NCBI RefSeq assembly: GCF_030144855.1
Contig: NC_082709.1
Span: 148,800,001 to 148,864,000, forward strand
Length of the DNA stretch: 64,000 nucleotides
Direction: 5' to 3'
DNA from: Hypanus sabinus
Taxonomy: Eukaryota
Positions within the stretch are counted from its first letter, which is position 1; each line of letters begins with the position of its first letter. The translations under genes and the position numbers were made by a program. Below, in pieces: positions 1 to 11,569 of this stretch. The notes beneath the pieces are model-generated. The model was given only the letters and a program-made list of their open reading frames with translations, ran no database searches and was not told where the DNA came from.

Positions 1-81
1 TCCATCTGCTCCTGGTCCGGCCACCCTGTCAAATTTTAGAACCCTTTGTGGCCCTCAAGTCAAAAAGTTTGCCCACCCCTG
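1..81. mobile_element. Terminal fragment of a hAT-type non-autonomous DNA transposon (runs off the window)
   Basis: Ends in AAAAGTTTGCCCACCCCTG (reverse complement CAGGGGTGGGCAAAC), followed by ATCTAATC, which has the nnCTAnnn target pattern seen at the other hAT copies. Confidence 0.6.
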
Positions 82-1688
82 ATCTAATCTAACTGTAAGC
101 GACATTCCACTATCCCATCCTACCCTGGTGACCCTTTACTTGCACTTCCCACTCTTTTCTTATCTGAAAACTACTGCCGCCTTAATACTTAAACATTGGG
201 GATAGAGTTCCAAAAATTCACAGCTCTGAGAGGCAGGGTAGGTGCGGGGAAAGCATTCACTTCGTCTGCTTTAAACAGGTATTTAATTTCTGTGTGGTCT
301 CTGGTTCTGGTTGGCCCCTTGTGAAAAACCATCATCGCCACATCCCTCTCTGAACACCCCTCATGGCCATGCTTCCGAAGAGTCTGCTTTTAGCTGCTCT
401 TGGGACTGGAGTCAAGTTAAATTTACTGTTTTTTTTTCATAAACAGCCTGTCTATTTCCAGTAACCACCTAGGACACTCCAATCCGCTTTGCCATCCTTT
501 TTCAAATAAGGGACCTGTAGCCCCACCAGTGCTTGATATAACTGAAGCATCACTTCCCTGACTTTCACATTTGCTTCTCCTTGTGATAAACAAAGTGTTC
601 TGTTGGCTGCTCACTAGCTGCACTGACTTTCCTAATTATCTGCAGATGAGCGTTTTGTGAAAAACAGATCTCTCAAAGCTCTGCACTCTCACCCTGTAGA
701 TAATATGCTTTCTATTTTTTCTTGTCAAAATGGACGATTTCTTTCTTTCCCTCAATGTGCATCATTCTATCTGATTTTTGCTCACTTAACATCTCTAAAC
801 CCCTCTGTACTCTTCATATGCCAGCATCGCAACTTAATATCGTGCCTATCTTTGTATCATCTTTGCAAATTTAGCAGCCATATCTTCAACACCAAACTAG
901 CTTATCTGAATGATCCTAGTTGTGTGTCTAAATAAATTGCAAAAGGTTGATATGCTTGTGACATGCCACTTATATCTTGCCCGATAGAAAAATTTCCTTT
1001 TATTCGTACTCACTATTTCTGATTGACCAGCCAATCTTCTATCAACATGCCACTTGCTGCACAATGAAATTTTACTTTTTGCTATGTTCTTTGCTGTGCC
1101 CTCTTATCAAATGCATTCTGTAAATCTAAATTTAATACATCCACAGGTATCCCTTGATCCACAGTCTTCCTCCTTCAACGAGCTTCAGATAATTAATCAA
1201 GCATAGTTTCCAAAATCATATCAACTTTAATAATAGCTTCCAGCAATTTCCTCGTGACAGATTAAAACTAACTAGCCCATAGTTTCCTTTTATTTTTGTC
1301 TGCCACCCTCTTTGAATAAAGGTATTGCATTTTCTATTTTACAATTTAATGGTACCTTTCATGAACCATTTTTCTTTGTTTATTAAAATCACTGCTTCAA
1401 ATGCTTCAGCAAAAATACAAATGGTGGTAAATTTGAAATGCTCAACATGCCAGTCAGCATTTGTGGAAAGAGAAACTGTGTTACTATATCAGGTCAAAGG
1501 CCTTTTTGCAAAACAGGGACAGGAAGAAAAACTAGTTGCAAATTTTAGGGAGAAGGCAGAGGGATAGAACAATGCAGGCTTTCCTTAAGAATAAACTATA
1601 AATGAGGCTGTCTCGTTGATGGGCTAATGAGGGTGGCAGCAGATAGGAACAGAAGCCTTGATTTGTAAATGCTTTGAGATGAAAGCAG

Positions 1689-2645
1689 TTCAGAATCAAG
1701 TTTAGTAGAACAGGCAGATGTCATGAGATTTGTTGTATTGCAGCAGCAGTACATTACAGTCCATAATAAATTTATAATTTACAGTAAGATATTTGTAAAA
1801 ATGAATTGGATTACTACAAAATGAAGAGGGAAAAAATTCTGTAGTAGTATTCATGGGTTTATTGCACATTCAGAATTCTGATGGTGAAGGGGAAGAAGCT
1901 GTTCCTGAAATGTGGAGTGTGTGTCTTCAGGCTCCTGTATCACCACCTTGACAGCAATGAGAGGAGGGTGTGCCCCAGGTGATGGGGCCCTTTATAATGC
2001 AAGCTGCCTTTTTGAGGAATAACCTTTTGAAGCTGTCCTGGATGCTGAGAAGGCCAGTGTCTATGATGGAGCTGGCTGAATTGACAACTTTCTGCAGCCT
2101 TTTTCTGATTCTGTGCCAGTGGCCCCTCCGTACCGGACAGTGGTGCAACCAGTTGGAATATTCTCCACTGTATTCCTGTAGAGATTCGATAGACTTTGGT
2201 GACATACCGAGTCTCCTCAAATTTCCAGTGAAATGTAGCCACTGCCATGCCTTTTTTGTAATTACAGCACCGTGTTGGACCCACAGTGTACCTTCAGGGA
2301 TGTTAACACCCAGGAGCTTGAAACTGCTCACTCTTCCCACTGCTGGCCCCTCAGTGAGGATAGGTGTGTGTTCCCTCTGTTTCCCTTTTTTCTGACGTCA
2401 ACAATCAATTCATTCATCTTGCTGATGTCAAGTGCAAGATTGTTGCTGCAAAACCAGTGAACCAGCTGATCTGTCTCACTCCTGTACGACTCCTCGTCAC
2501 CACCTGAAATTCTGGCGACAACAGTTGTGTCATTGGCAAATTTACAGATGGCGCTTGAGCTGTGCCTGGTCTCATAGTAGTGGATATATAGAGAGAGCAG
2601 AGCGTTGGGCTAAGCACAGATCTTTTGAGATGTGCTAGTTGATTG
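1689..2645 (-). mobile_element. 5'-truncated Rex1/Babar-type LINE, 3' part
   Basis: Reverse-strand RT remnants (VNLPMTQL = shifted KFADDT region; FKLLGVNI; HFTGNLRRLGM) and a tail reading TCAGAATCAAGTTTA on the + strand. Confidence 0.75.
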
Positions 2646-3039
2646 TGTATTGCTTTTAAATCATTTCCCAGGTCCCTGTTAAACTATTTGCTTCTGCCTT
2701 CTAGCATATGTCATGGATGCATCAATTGAATCCCTCGCTTGTCTGTTTACATTCTTTTCTTCTTTGCTTATTGCAATGACTTACCTGGTTATCCTCTGAC
2801 AGCACTTCAAATAGATTACACTCTCAGCACAACAGAGCTCATCTTTCTCTCTGCTCATCTACATATTAGAATTATTTTCTATTTGTACTTTACACTTCCC
2901 TCATTGATTACTTTATCTTCTTCTGGAAAATTCCATTGAAGTTTAAAATCAAAAATGAAGAATTAAATAAATGAGAACTATAAAATCTAGGAATGATATA
3001 AAAAAAAGATAAGACAGATCAAGATGTGGAATTTGTGTT

Positions 3040-5630
3040 AAATACAAGAGATTCTGCAGATGCAGGAATTCCAGAGCAACACGCACAAAATGCTGGAGGT
3101 ACTCAGCAGGTCAGGCAGCATCTATGGCAGGGGTCGGCAACGTTTACCACCGAAAGAGCCATATGGACCCATTTCCCACAGAAAAGTAAACACTGGGAGC
3201 CACAAAACCCATTTGACATTTAAAATGAAATAACACTGCATACAATGGTTTTTTTTTGCCTTTATGCAATGTAAAAACAAACTATAATGTGTTGCATTTA
3301 TGAAATTGATGAACTCCTGCAGAGAAAACGAAATTACATTTCTGCATGCAACAAAAACATTTTGAACTCAGAAAAAAAGACGTTGGGTTGAAGGTTACTC
3401 CATAGGTAGCCTACCTTGGATCGAAGAGTTAAAAGAAAGCGCACACTGGCGGGTGTCAGGGATTGGCAGTGGTGATGTATATTAATAGCGATAAAAAAAA
3501 CACGTTGTAGCAGTGTGCTACACGCAGCGCTAAGATAACGACACTGCAGTCAAAGGTAGCTTTATTCGAACTAAACAGCCTTGCTTTAAAGCCTCCCTCA
3601 ACCCGTCCCCGTGGGCGCGGATGTTCCAAAAGACACGTACTCACAAACCCCCGTAGGCTATCTCCCTTAGCCAGAACGGTGGCTAATTGTGAGCCGGTTC
3701 AGATGTGCCAGGAAATGGGGTCGCCACTACGTTTTATTTAGATTGTACAAGATCACCATAATCTTCAAATTTCGAATTACATTTCAAAAACTAACAAACC
3801 ACGGGGAGCCGCAGCACAGAGATGAAAGAGGCGCATGCGGCTCCGGAGCCGTGGGTTGCCAACCCCTGATCTGTGGAAACGAATAACCAGTCTATGATTT
3901 GGATGGACATCTTTCGGCACTAAAAAGGAAGGGGGAAGAAGCCAGAATAGAAAGGGGGGGGGGAGGGGAATAGCAAGACGATAATGTGTGACGCTAGATG
4001 GGTGGGGAAGATAAAGGGTGGAAGAGGAAGGAATCTGATAGGAGAGGGGAGTGGACCATGGGAGAGAGGGAACCTGGGGGAGGTGATAGGCAGCCGAGAA
4101 GAGGTAAGAGGCCAGAGAAGGGAATAGAGGAGGGGAGGGGGAAGGAATATTCTTTTTACTGGAAGGAGAAATTGATTTTCATACTATCGGGTTGGAGGCT
4201 ACCCAGATGGAACACTAGGTGTTGGTTCTCCACCCCGCAGATGGCCACATTGTGGTACAAGAGGAGGCTGTGGACTGACGTGGCTATGGGAATATGGGAA
4301 TGATATCAGTTGACAATTTGTTTCCATTTGTCACCTTCCTCCCCTTTCTCAATCTTTCTGCCTCCATCTCTGGAGACAAACTGTTGACCGACGTCTTTTA
4401 TAAACCTATTGATTTCCCATGGTAGGAGAGGAGGCTAGCTGGAAGGTGATGGGTGAAGCCAGGTGGGTGGGAAAGGTAAAGAGCTGAAGAGGAAGGAATC
4501 TGATAGGGGAGGAGAGTAGATCCCCTAAAAATGCTGTTCTCTTTTGTCTGTTCCTTCGTATCTGACACATCTGTTCCCAGGAAGAAGCTTTTCTTTCCAG
4601 AACGTCAGAGATGTCCTCCTCCTTTGAAGAGCAGATTTCTCCTCCTCCATCATTGATGCTGCCCTCACCTACATTGCCTCCATTTCCTGGGCATCCATGC
4701 TCACCCCATCTTCCTGTTGCCTTAACTGTGATAGAATCTCCCTTGTCCTCACCTACCAAACCATGAGCCAACGCATCTGACGCGTAATCCTCCGCACCTT
4801 CCACCATTTCTGAAGGGATCCTACCACCAAACACATCTTCTCCTCCTCCCCACTCTTCTGCTTTCCACTGTGATCCCTCTGATTCTCTTGTCCATTCGTC
4901 TCTTCCCCACTAATCTCACTCCTGACATTTATTCCTGCAAGTGGCCTAAATGCTACACCTGCCCCTACACCACCCCCCTCACCTCCATTCAGGGCCCCAA
5001 ACAGTCCTTCCACATGAGGCGACACTTCACCTGTGAATCTGCTGGTGTCGTCTATTGTATCTGGTGCTCCCAATGTGGCCTTCTCTAAATTGGTGAGACC
5101 CATTGTAAGTTGGGGGACCGCTTTATCGAGCTCCTCCACTCTATCCGCTAAAGGCAGAACTTCCCAGTGGAGAAACATTTTGATTCCCATTCCCATTCCA
5201 ACATGTCGGTACATGGACTCCTCTTAGAGGCCACCCTCAGGGTAGTGGAACAGCGCCTTATATTCCGTCTGAGTAGCCTCTAACCTGAAGACATGAATAT
5301 CGATACCCCCCCCCCCCACCACCGCTTTTCGGTTTTAAAAAAATCCCTCCCCTCCCCCTCTTACTTCTCCTCATCTACCTGTCACCTCCCCTTGGTGCCA
5401 CTTCTTCAATTTCTCCTATGGTCCACTCTTTTCTCCTATCAGATTCATTCCTCTCTCGCCCTTCATCTATCATCTTCTAGCTGGTCCTCCTTCCCAGCCC
5501 ACTCACCTTTTTATTCTGGCGACCTCGCCCCTCCTTTCAGAACTGAAGGAGTGTATAGACCACAAAATGTCAGCTAGTTGTTCGTATCCATGGATGTTGC
5601 CAAACCTGCTGAGTTCCTCCAGCATTTTGA
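3040..5630. mobile_element. Penelope-like element (PLE) with an inverted arm: minus-strand 3' region ~3040-4300 (interrupted by a hAT MITE) back-to-back with plus-strand RT/GIY-YIG and tail ~4305-5630
   Basis: Plus strand encodes degenerate SLPFL-LSxSISGDKL and GIY-YIG KQSFHMRRHFTCESAGVVYCIWCSQCGLL. The tail GCTGAGTTCCTCCAGCATTTTG (~5610-5630) appears as its reverse complement at ~3085-3127. Confidence 0.8.
3128..3868 (+). mobile_element. hAT-type MITE, copy 1 (741 bp)
   Basis: TIRs CAGGGGTCGGCAAC / GTTGCCAACCCCTG. 8-bp TSD ATCTATGG (3120-3127) / ATCTGTGG (3869-3876), one mismatch. Inserted into the PLE tail, which resumes after it. Confidence 0.92.
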
Positions 5631-6329
5631 GGAAATTGTTGCAGCTTGACATCCTAAGAAGGTGTGAGTGAGATTTCTCGAAGATAAATGATGAGGGCAG
5701 AGTATTTTTGCAGCCTTTTCGTCTCTCATCCTGACTTGTGCTTGTAGTGGTCACGGTCAGGGTTGTAGCTTTGTCTCAGAGTCATTCTGATGATAATTAT
5801 TTCCTCATGCAAAGCTCCATAGAGCAATATGCATGCTGCAATCATGTTGTTGTTCTTTGCTAATTGTCCGTTCACTCTGATTGGCAGATTAGCATTTGCT
5901 AGCAAACAGCACGCACTGCCTTTCTCTCTGGGGGGGTTTCTTGCAGCAACCCAGTGGCAATCGCTGGCTTATCCATCTCGGAAATATTGTCTGATGTGGA
6001 CAGCAACGTCGCTGGCAAAAGAATACCATTAGGGAGCCTTTTTGACTGTGAGATGTTCCAGAGCTTACAGTCAATAAAGTATTGTTTTGGTGTTATACTG
6101 TGGGGAAGAGAGTGGTTAATTAGCCCATTGAACCTTCCCGTGTAGCAAGTGGGACCATACAACAGTGACCAAATGCTACAAGACGATAAACAATGAGGAA
6201 GGATATAGTTGGATTGAAATAGAAATGGAAACATCTTGGCAGCAGTCAGCACAAAAACAGTGATCCGTTAATGTACTGCATGCTTTTACGGTAATTTCCA
6301 GGGAATTCCAGGTCCGGATATTGCTACTT

Positions 6330-6930
6330 TGGAGAGTGGGATTGCTCCCAGCAGCAGAACGCCATATGCTATCGGCACTTGGCTATTATACTGGGGAATG
6401 GACTGACATAACACCTAGTAGCCTCCAACCCGATGGCATGAGCATCAATTTCTCTCATTTCTAGTAATTTCTCCCTCTCCTCCATCCCTCCTTTTCCATT
6501 CCTCACTCTGTCTGCCCTTTTACCCCTTCTTCTCACCTACCTATCATCTCCCACTGCCCCCCCTTCCCTGGCCTACTCTCCTCTCCAATCAGATTCCTCC
6601 TCCTTCAGCCCTTTGCTTTTTCCACTTTCTTCCAGTTTCTTACATCATTCCACCCCCCCCCCCCCGAATAAGGGCTTGGCCTGGAACGTCAGCTGTTTAC
6701 TCCTTTCCATAGATGCTGCCTGACCTGCTGAGTTCCTGCAGCATCTTCTGAGTGTTTCTCTGATCTGATGCATGTTTTCATTAACAAGAGAAGATCTGAA
6801 GATGCTGGAAATCTAAGCACAACATACAACATGCTGGAGGAACTCAGCAGGCCTGTCCTGCCAAAGGGTCTCAGCCCGAAATGTCGCCTTGTATTTTTTT
6901 CCCATAGATGCCGCCTAATCTGCTGTGTCG
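6330..6930. mobile_element. Degenerate PLE 3' ends/pseudo-LTR pieces in mixed orientation
   Basis: Pyrimidine-rich PLE 3' region, CATAGATGCTGCCTGACCTGCTGAGTTCC tail, an inverted copy (ATGCTGGAGGAACTCAGCAGG) and a hammerhead-like motif at 6853-6890. Confidence 0.7.
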
Positions 6931-7924
6931 CTGTGAATGCAGGCATAAGCCGCAAAGGGCACTCATCTCTGTGGTGTGCTGAGTGGCTTGCTCATTTCTG
7001 TTAGGATATTTATATAGATGAGCACAGAGCTTACAGATACTTATTAGTTAAAGGAGAATCCATTTCTGAATTTGCAGTCAGCCAGCAAGCAGTTGGCCAT
7101 TCCTCAGCATCAACTTATTTATGCAAGTTGCAAATTCAAACAGCATCAAACATTTAAAATGAAGAATAAAGTATAGCGTACTGTTTAATGGGCTGACAAC
7201 AAAAACCCGAGGGCACCTTTCCATATCCTGGCTGATTATTGCTGTCACTTTAACGGATATGGCAAATTCCAGGCTGCACCTTGAGCAGCTACCGGATTAG
7301 GATGGGTTGTGAGTGATTGATGAATGAGGTTAGAAACACTTTGTTCAGGGACCGATTTATAGTTATTAAATTCACCCACCCAGAAGCACTTAGGCCGCTC
7401 TTGCTATCCGTTGCTGTGCACTTTTGCAGGAAGGTATTAGCAAAAGTTTTAATTGACTTTGAGCTCACAGGTCAGGTTTCGAGCTGTGGTAGTCTTTTGT
7501 CACATGTCCTGCCCATCCAGCTTTTGGCTTTGACCAAGTTCACAGAGCTACATTTAGATACTCTAGTATTTGAGCTTAATTACTCAATTCACGCCAACTT
7601 TGAACAGATGGTCTAATTAAAAATAAAATATGCAAATATGCCATCTTGCTCTAATGAACTTTTGTATTACATCAGTCTGAGTCAAGCTCCAGGAGTTTAT
7701 ACAAGTGTTAGTCTGTGCTCAGTTTTTCGATGCTGTAACTAGAAAATATCTCGGGAGGCTGAGTAAGATATTTTTGAATGTTGGTGGTGTTACTCAATCA
7801 GTGAAAAACGTCCAAGCTCAGATATTTGTAAAATGGGTTTTCAGTATTGATTTAATAGTGACTCTAAAGGGTTAATGAATGATGAAATATACTTTAGCAT
7901 TGTGACAGAATACATTGTACGGCA

Positions 7925-9088
7925 CCAAGTTATCTTTGATATCCCACGATTCCTGGCCTTGATTATGGAGTTGGTCTGTCTTCTCATCACGTGCCCAATC
8001 CATCTCCGATGTTTCTTCATGATGATTGTGGCCGTGTCCTCATGCTGACACTGAAGGAGTAGGGCATGGTTGGAGATTTTGTAAAAGCAAACCTCATGTT
8101 GGTGTCCTTGGGCTTTTCCGCATTGAAACGTCTTTGTCCGTGTGTTCTGGTCCCAGCACTTCTCAGCTTGAGTTTCATCAGTACTACAACAAAGTAGTGA
8201 TCACTTCCTGGACCCGCTCCTCGCTTCACCTCTATATCCTGCAAAGATTGTCTCCACTTCCCATTGATCATTAGATGGTCAATCTGGTTCTTGTCATGTC
8301 CATTGGGTGAACACCATGTCAGTTTGTTGATTTTTACACTGTGGAATGAGGTGACCAAATAGTTCATGGCACAGAATTCCACCAGTCGTTCTCCATTGTT
8401 ATTCATTGCTCCACGTCCATGCACACCCCTGATTCTAGAGAAGTGTGAGTTGTTATTTCCCACTTTGGCATTTAGATCTCCCATGACAGCGATCATGTCA
8501 TGGCGTGTTAACTCTACTTCCCATTGCAGCTGTTCATATAAACCATACTTTTCTTCAATGTTACTATCATTAGTTGGAGCATTGCACTGGATCACAGTCA
8601 TGTTCACTTGCTTCCCCTTCAGCCCGACTCCCATCAGCCTACTATTGACAGGTTTCCAATCCAGCAAGTACGTCTCAAAGCCTTTCTTCAAAATGACAGC
8701 TGCACCATCATCCCTTCCTGAGTGTAAAACACTTTCACCAGTTGTTGCCTTTAGTCTACCAGACCGTGTCCATCCACATTCACGGACACCCAGTGTATGG
8801 AAGTGGTAACGATGCATTTCTGCAGTTATTTGTGCTAGCTTGACATGGTTCGTACATTCCAAAAAAAACAGCTTTGGTCTGGATCCTGGCAGTGTGCAGG
8901 GTTTCCTTCATCATGCCAGTAGCTTCTTCTCAGTCTACTGCTGTCAGTCATGCAGATCCCAGCAGGAGACTCGGGAATACCGTCACACATGGATATAGGA
9001 GTCTTCATTGCTGTTTCTGTAACAATTTTTTTTAATCAGTCAGGATTGTTAACCCTGAGCTGAACTGCCGAACCTGGAGGACAGGTGC
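7925..9088 (-). mobile_element. RTE-clade LINE with 5' region and AP endonuclease fused directly to the RT C-terminus (internal deletion)
   Basis: ORF 8017..8862 has APE motifs (LGVREC, IQCNAPTND, VMGDLNAKVG, NNNGERLVEFC, NQIDHLMIN-W, SDHYFV). A shifted frame then gives ISNHALLLQCQHEDTATIIMKKHRRWIGHVMRR, typical of the RTE RT C-terminus. Confidence 0.85.
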
Positions 9089-10429
9089 AAAGCATTATTA
9101 ATAGAGAATAATTAATGATTTAAGTTCTCAAAAGTTTTATAATTTACTCATTTTTCAGTACACATTTTACACTAAATGTAAAATGATCTATCCTTAGACT
9201 GCTGTGGTTCAAGGCATTTATCTTGTGAAGATATTCCCTCAGTACTGTAGCATAGGGAGGTCCAGCATTTCAACACAATGATCATGAACTACAGGACATG
9301 TCTTTCCCCATTCAGGGAAGTGGGCTATTTGGAGGGAAACCTGCAAGTTTCATCTACCAGTGGTAGAAGTCATTGGTTTGGAGATGCTGTGACAGTTGCC
9401 AAGGTCCAAGTGGTACACAGGACACTCTCATGGTAGAAGGACTGAATGGTTAGACTGGTGTATGGGCTGCCAATTCACTGGGCTCCTCGTTTCTAGATGG
9501 TGGAAACTGCTTGAGAGACGTTGGAGTTGGACCCATCCAGCACTTCCATTTGCGACTTTGTGGTTGCTTTTCACCAAAGGTCTCCATCTGGTAGCCATAC
9601 ATGGTACAAATGTCTAAAGAGTAGCTCTAAGATCTTTCAAAGAGGAATTATCGATACATAAGGAGGATTTAAAGGTACAGAGGCACATGGAAGTGAAACT
9701 GATCAGAATTTTATTGCCGGTCCTATAATTCAGCTTTATCCATTTCGTTATTTACTGACTGCCCCAGCTCTGTTAAGTACCATAGAGCACTTCCTCAAAA
9801 TGCTGTTCTTCTGAATTTCATCAAAGTCATAACATAACTGGAGGCAGCTGTCAACAAAGTGAAGCCGAGAGCTGATGAGTTCTCTGAGTAAAGGCCACAG
9901 AGGCCAATCAGTTACCAACAACTCTCCAAAGTTAGTTAAATATTCTGTTTTAAGATATCTACCTTTTGGTGGTAGTCCCAATTGTCTTGTTAAGGAGCAT
10001 TTTTATATTGGATATGAACTTGAATATTTCAGTGGAAAATTCCCATCCTGCAGAGGCCCAGTATTTTTTTTAAAAGAAGAGAATCTGAAAATAGTATCAA
10101 GTCGTCCAGCTAAGTGGAATTCTGGTCTTGTATCTCTATGCCTAGGACAGCAGATTTGGGAATCTCCAGATTTGATATGCTGTCCCTGGTATTTTAAGAA
10201 AATTTATGAGATTGGGGTCTTTATGAGTATCTCTGGGTCACTGAATATCATTGTTATGTTTGTAGTAGAAAGCTGTACCATGAATAAAAGTTTCCTGAAG
10301 GGAAAATTATATAATTACAATATTATAAAATTAAAAATAAAGAAGAAATAATGCTTCCCTGTATGATGTTGGGAATCTTTAATAATAGGTGTTCTTTGCC
10401 TTTGATAATGATTAAGGCTCAAAACCACA

Positions 10430-10870
10430 GATGGAATTCAGGAAGGGTTCAAGCAATTATAAGTCTTAAATGGTCTACAAGAACACAGGGACCTGGGGAT
10501 ATATGTGCATAAGTAAGGTGTTAGTAAAATACATACAAATCTGGAATTCATAAGCAAGAGGCAAAAATTGCAACAGCCATGAGGTGGTATTTAGCTGTAA
10601 CAGTCCTGGTTAGCCTACAAGATGGAGTGTCACTTACAGTTTTAATCTCAGCACATTAGAAAGGATTTAAAGGTTGCCATAACAACACAGAGGAAATTCT
10701 TCCAGGGGTGAGGAATTTTAATTGTAAAGGCCAACTGCAGATGCTGGGATGGTTCTCCTGGAGTAAAGAAAGTTGTGAAGTCTTGAAAAGAAGAACACAC
10801 GATTCTGACTGGTTAAGAGAAGGACACAGAAAGAAGGTATTCCACTAGTAAATTCCCAAGACACAGATTT
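10430..10870 (+). mobile_element. Old CR1 LINE 3' fragment
   Basis: Degenerate CR1 3' RT sequence (GGACCTGGGGATATATGTGCA...; GGGATGGTTCTCCTGGAG). Confidence 0.55.
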
Positions 10871-10999
10871 AATTTTGAAGTTGGTCAGTGCCTTCAAAAG
10901 GGGATTCAATTATTTCACTGAGAAAGAAATATTGCAGGGTCTCGTGCAAAGAGCAGCCTCCCAGGCTGGTACAGTCTAGATGGGCCGAAAGGCCTCTAA

Positions 11000-11125
11000 G
11001 GTAGAAAATGGTGGAAACAGAACAGTTATGACTCTTCAAGTCAAAGACCCTTCTTCAGAATATACTCTGACCTGAGTATTTTTAGCATTTTCTATTTTAA
11101 TTTCAGATTTCCTGCATTTGCAGAT
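11000..11125. mobile_element. Short inverted PLE terminal remnant with a decayed minus-strand hammerhead-like core
   Basis: GACCCTTCTTCAGAA (reverse complement TTCTGAAGAAGGGTC) next to the PLE tail CTGACCTGAGTATTTTTAGCATTTTCTATTTTAATTTCAGATTTCC. Confidence 0.5.
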
Positions 11126-11569
11126 CTTTTTCATTTTCATCCTGTGCTATATCTGTTCCACAATTCTGTAATGGCCCTCAGTTTAACCCAGTCTTTGTTA
11201 GATTAGCCGCAGGATAGACCTCACCTCAGGCAATTTAGTGAACAGCTAGGTTCCCATTCTTTTTATTAATTTTTAGAATCTTTTTATTGATTATCTTCTA
11301 CAGCTATAAAATGATACAAAACTTCAACAAGTTGTTATATATAAAATTGAAAAAGCTGAAGAAAAAAACTTATCAAAAAAGAATAATATACGATGATCAT
11401 AATCCACTGCTGTTATGGAATAGGATCAAGCGCCGATGTTATGGTGATGGGAAGTATTCACTGCTAAGTGAATCTTAATTTGCATGAGGTTCTGCATTTC
11501 CCCCAAAGGAAAAATGGGGAGAAAGAAAGTAGAATCTAATTTTAATGAAAATGATTTCTTTCACAACTT

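Noticed and set aside
9875-10351. 158-aa ORF in non-repeat sequence
   Set aside because: No recognisable domain, AT-rich low-complexity end and no convincing splice context; consistent with chance.
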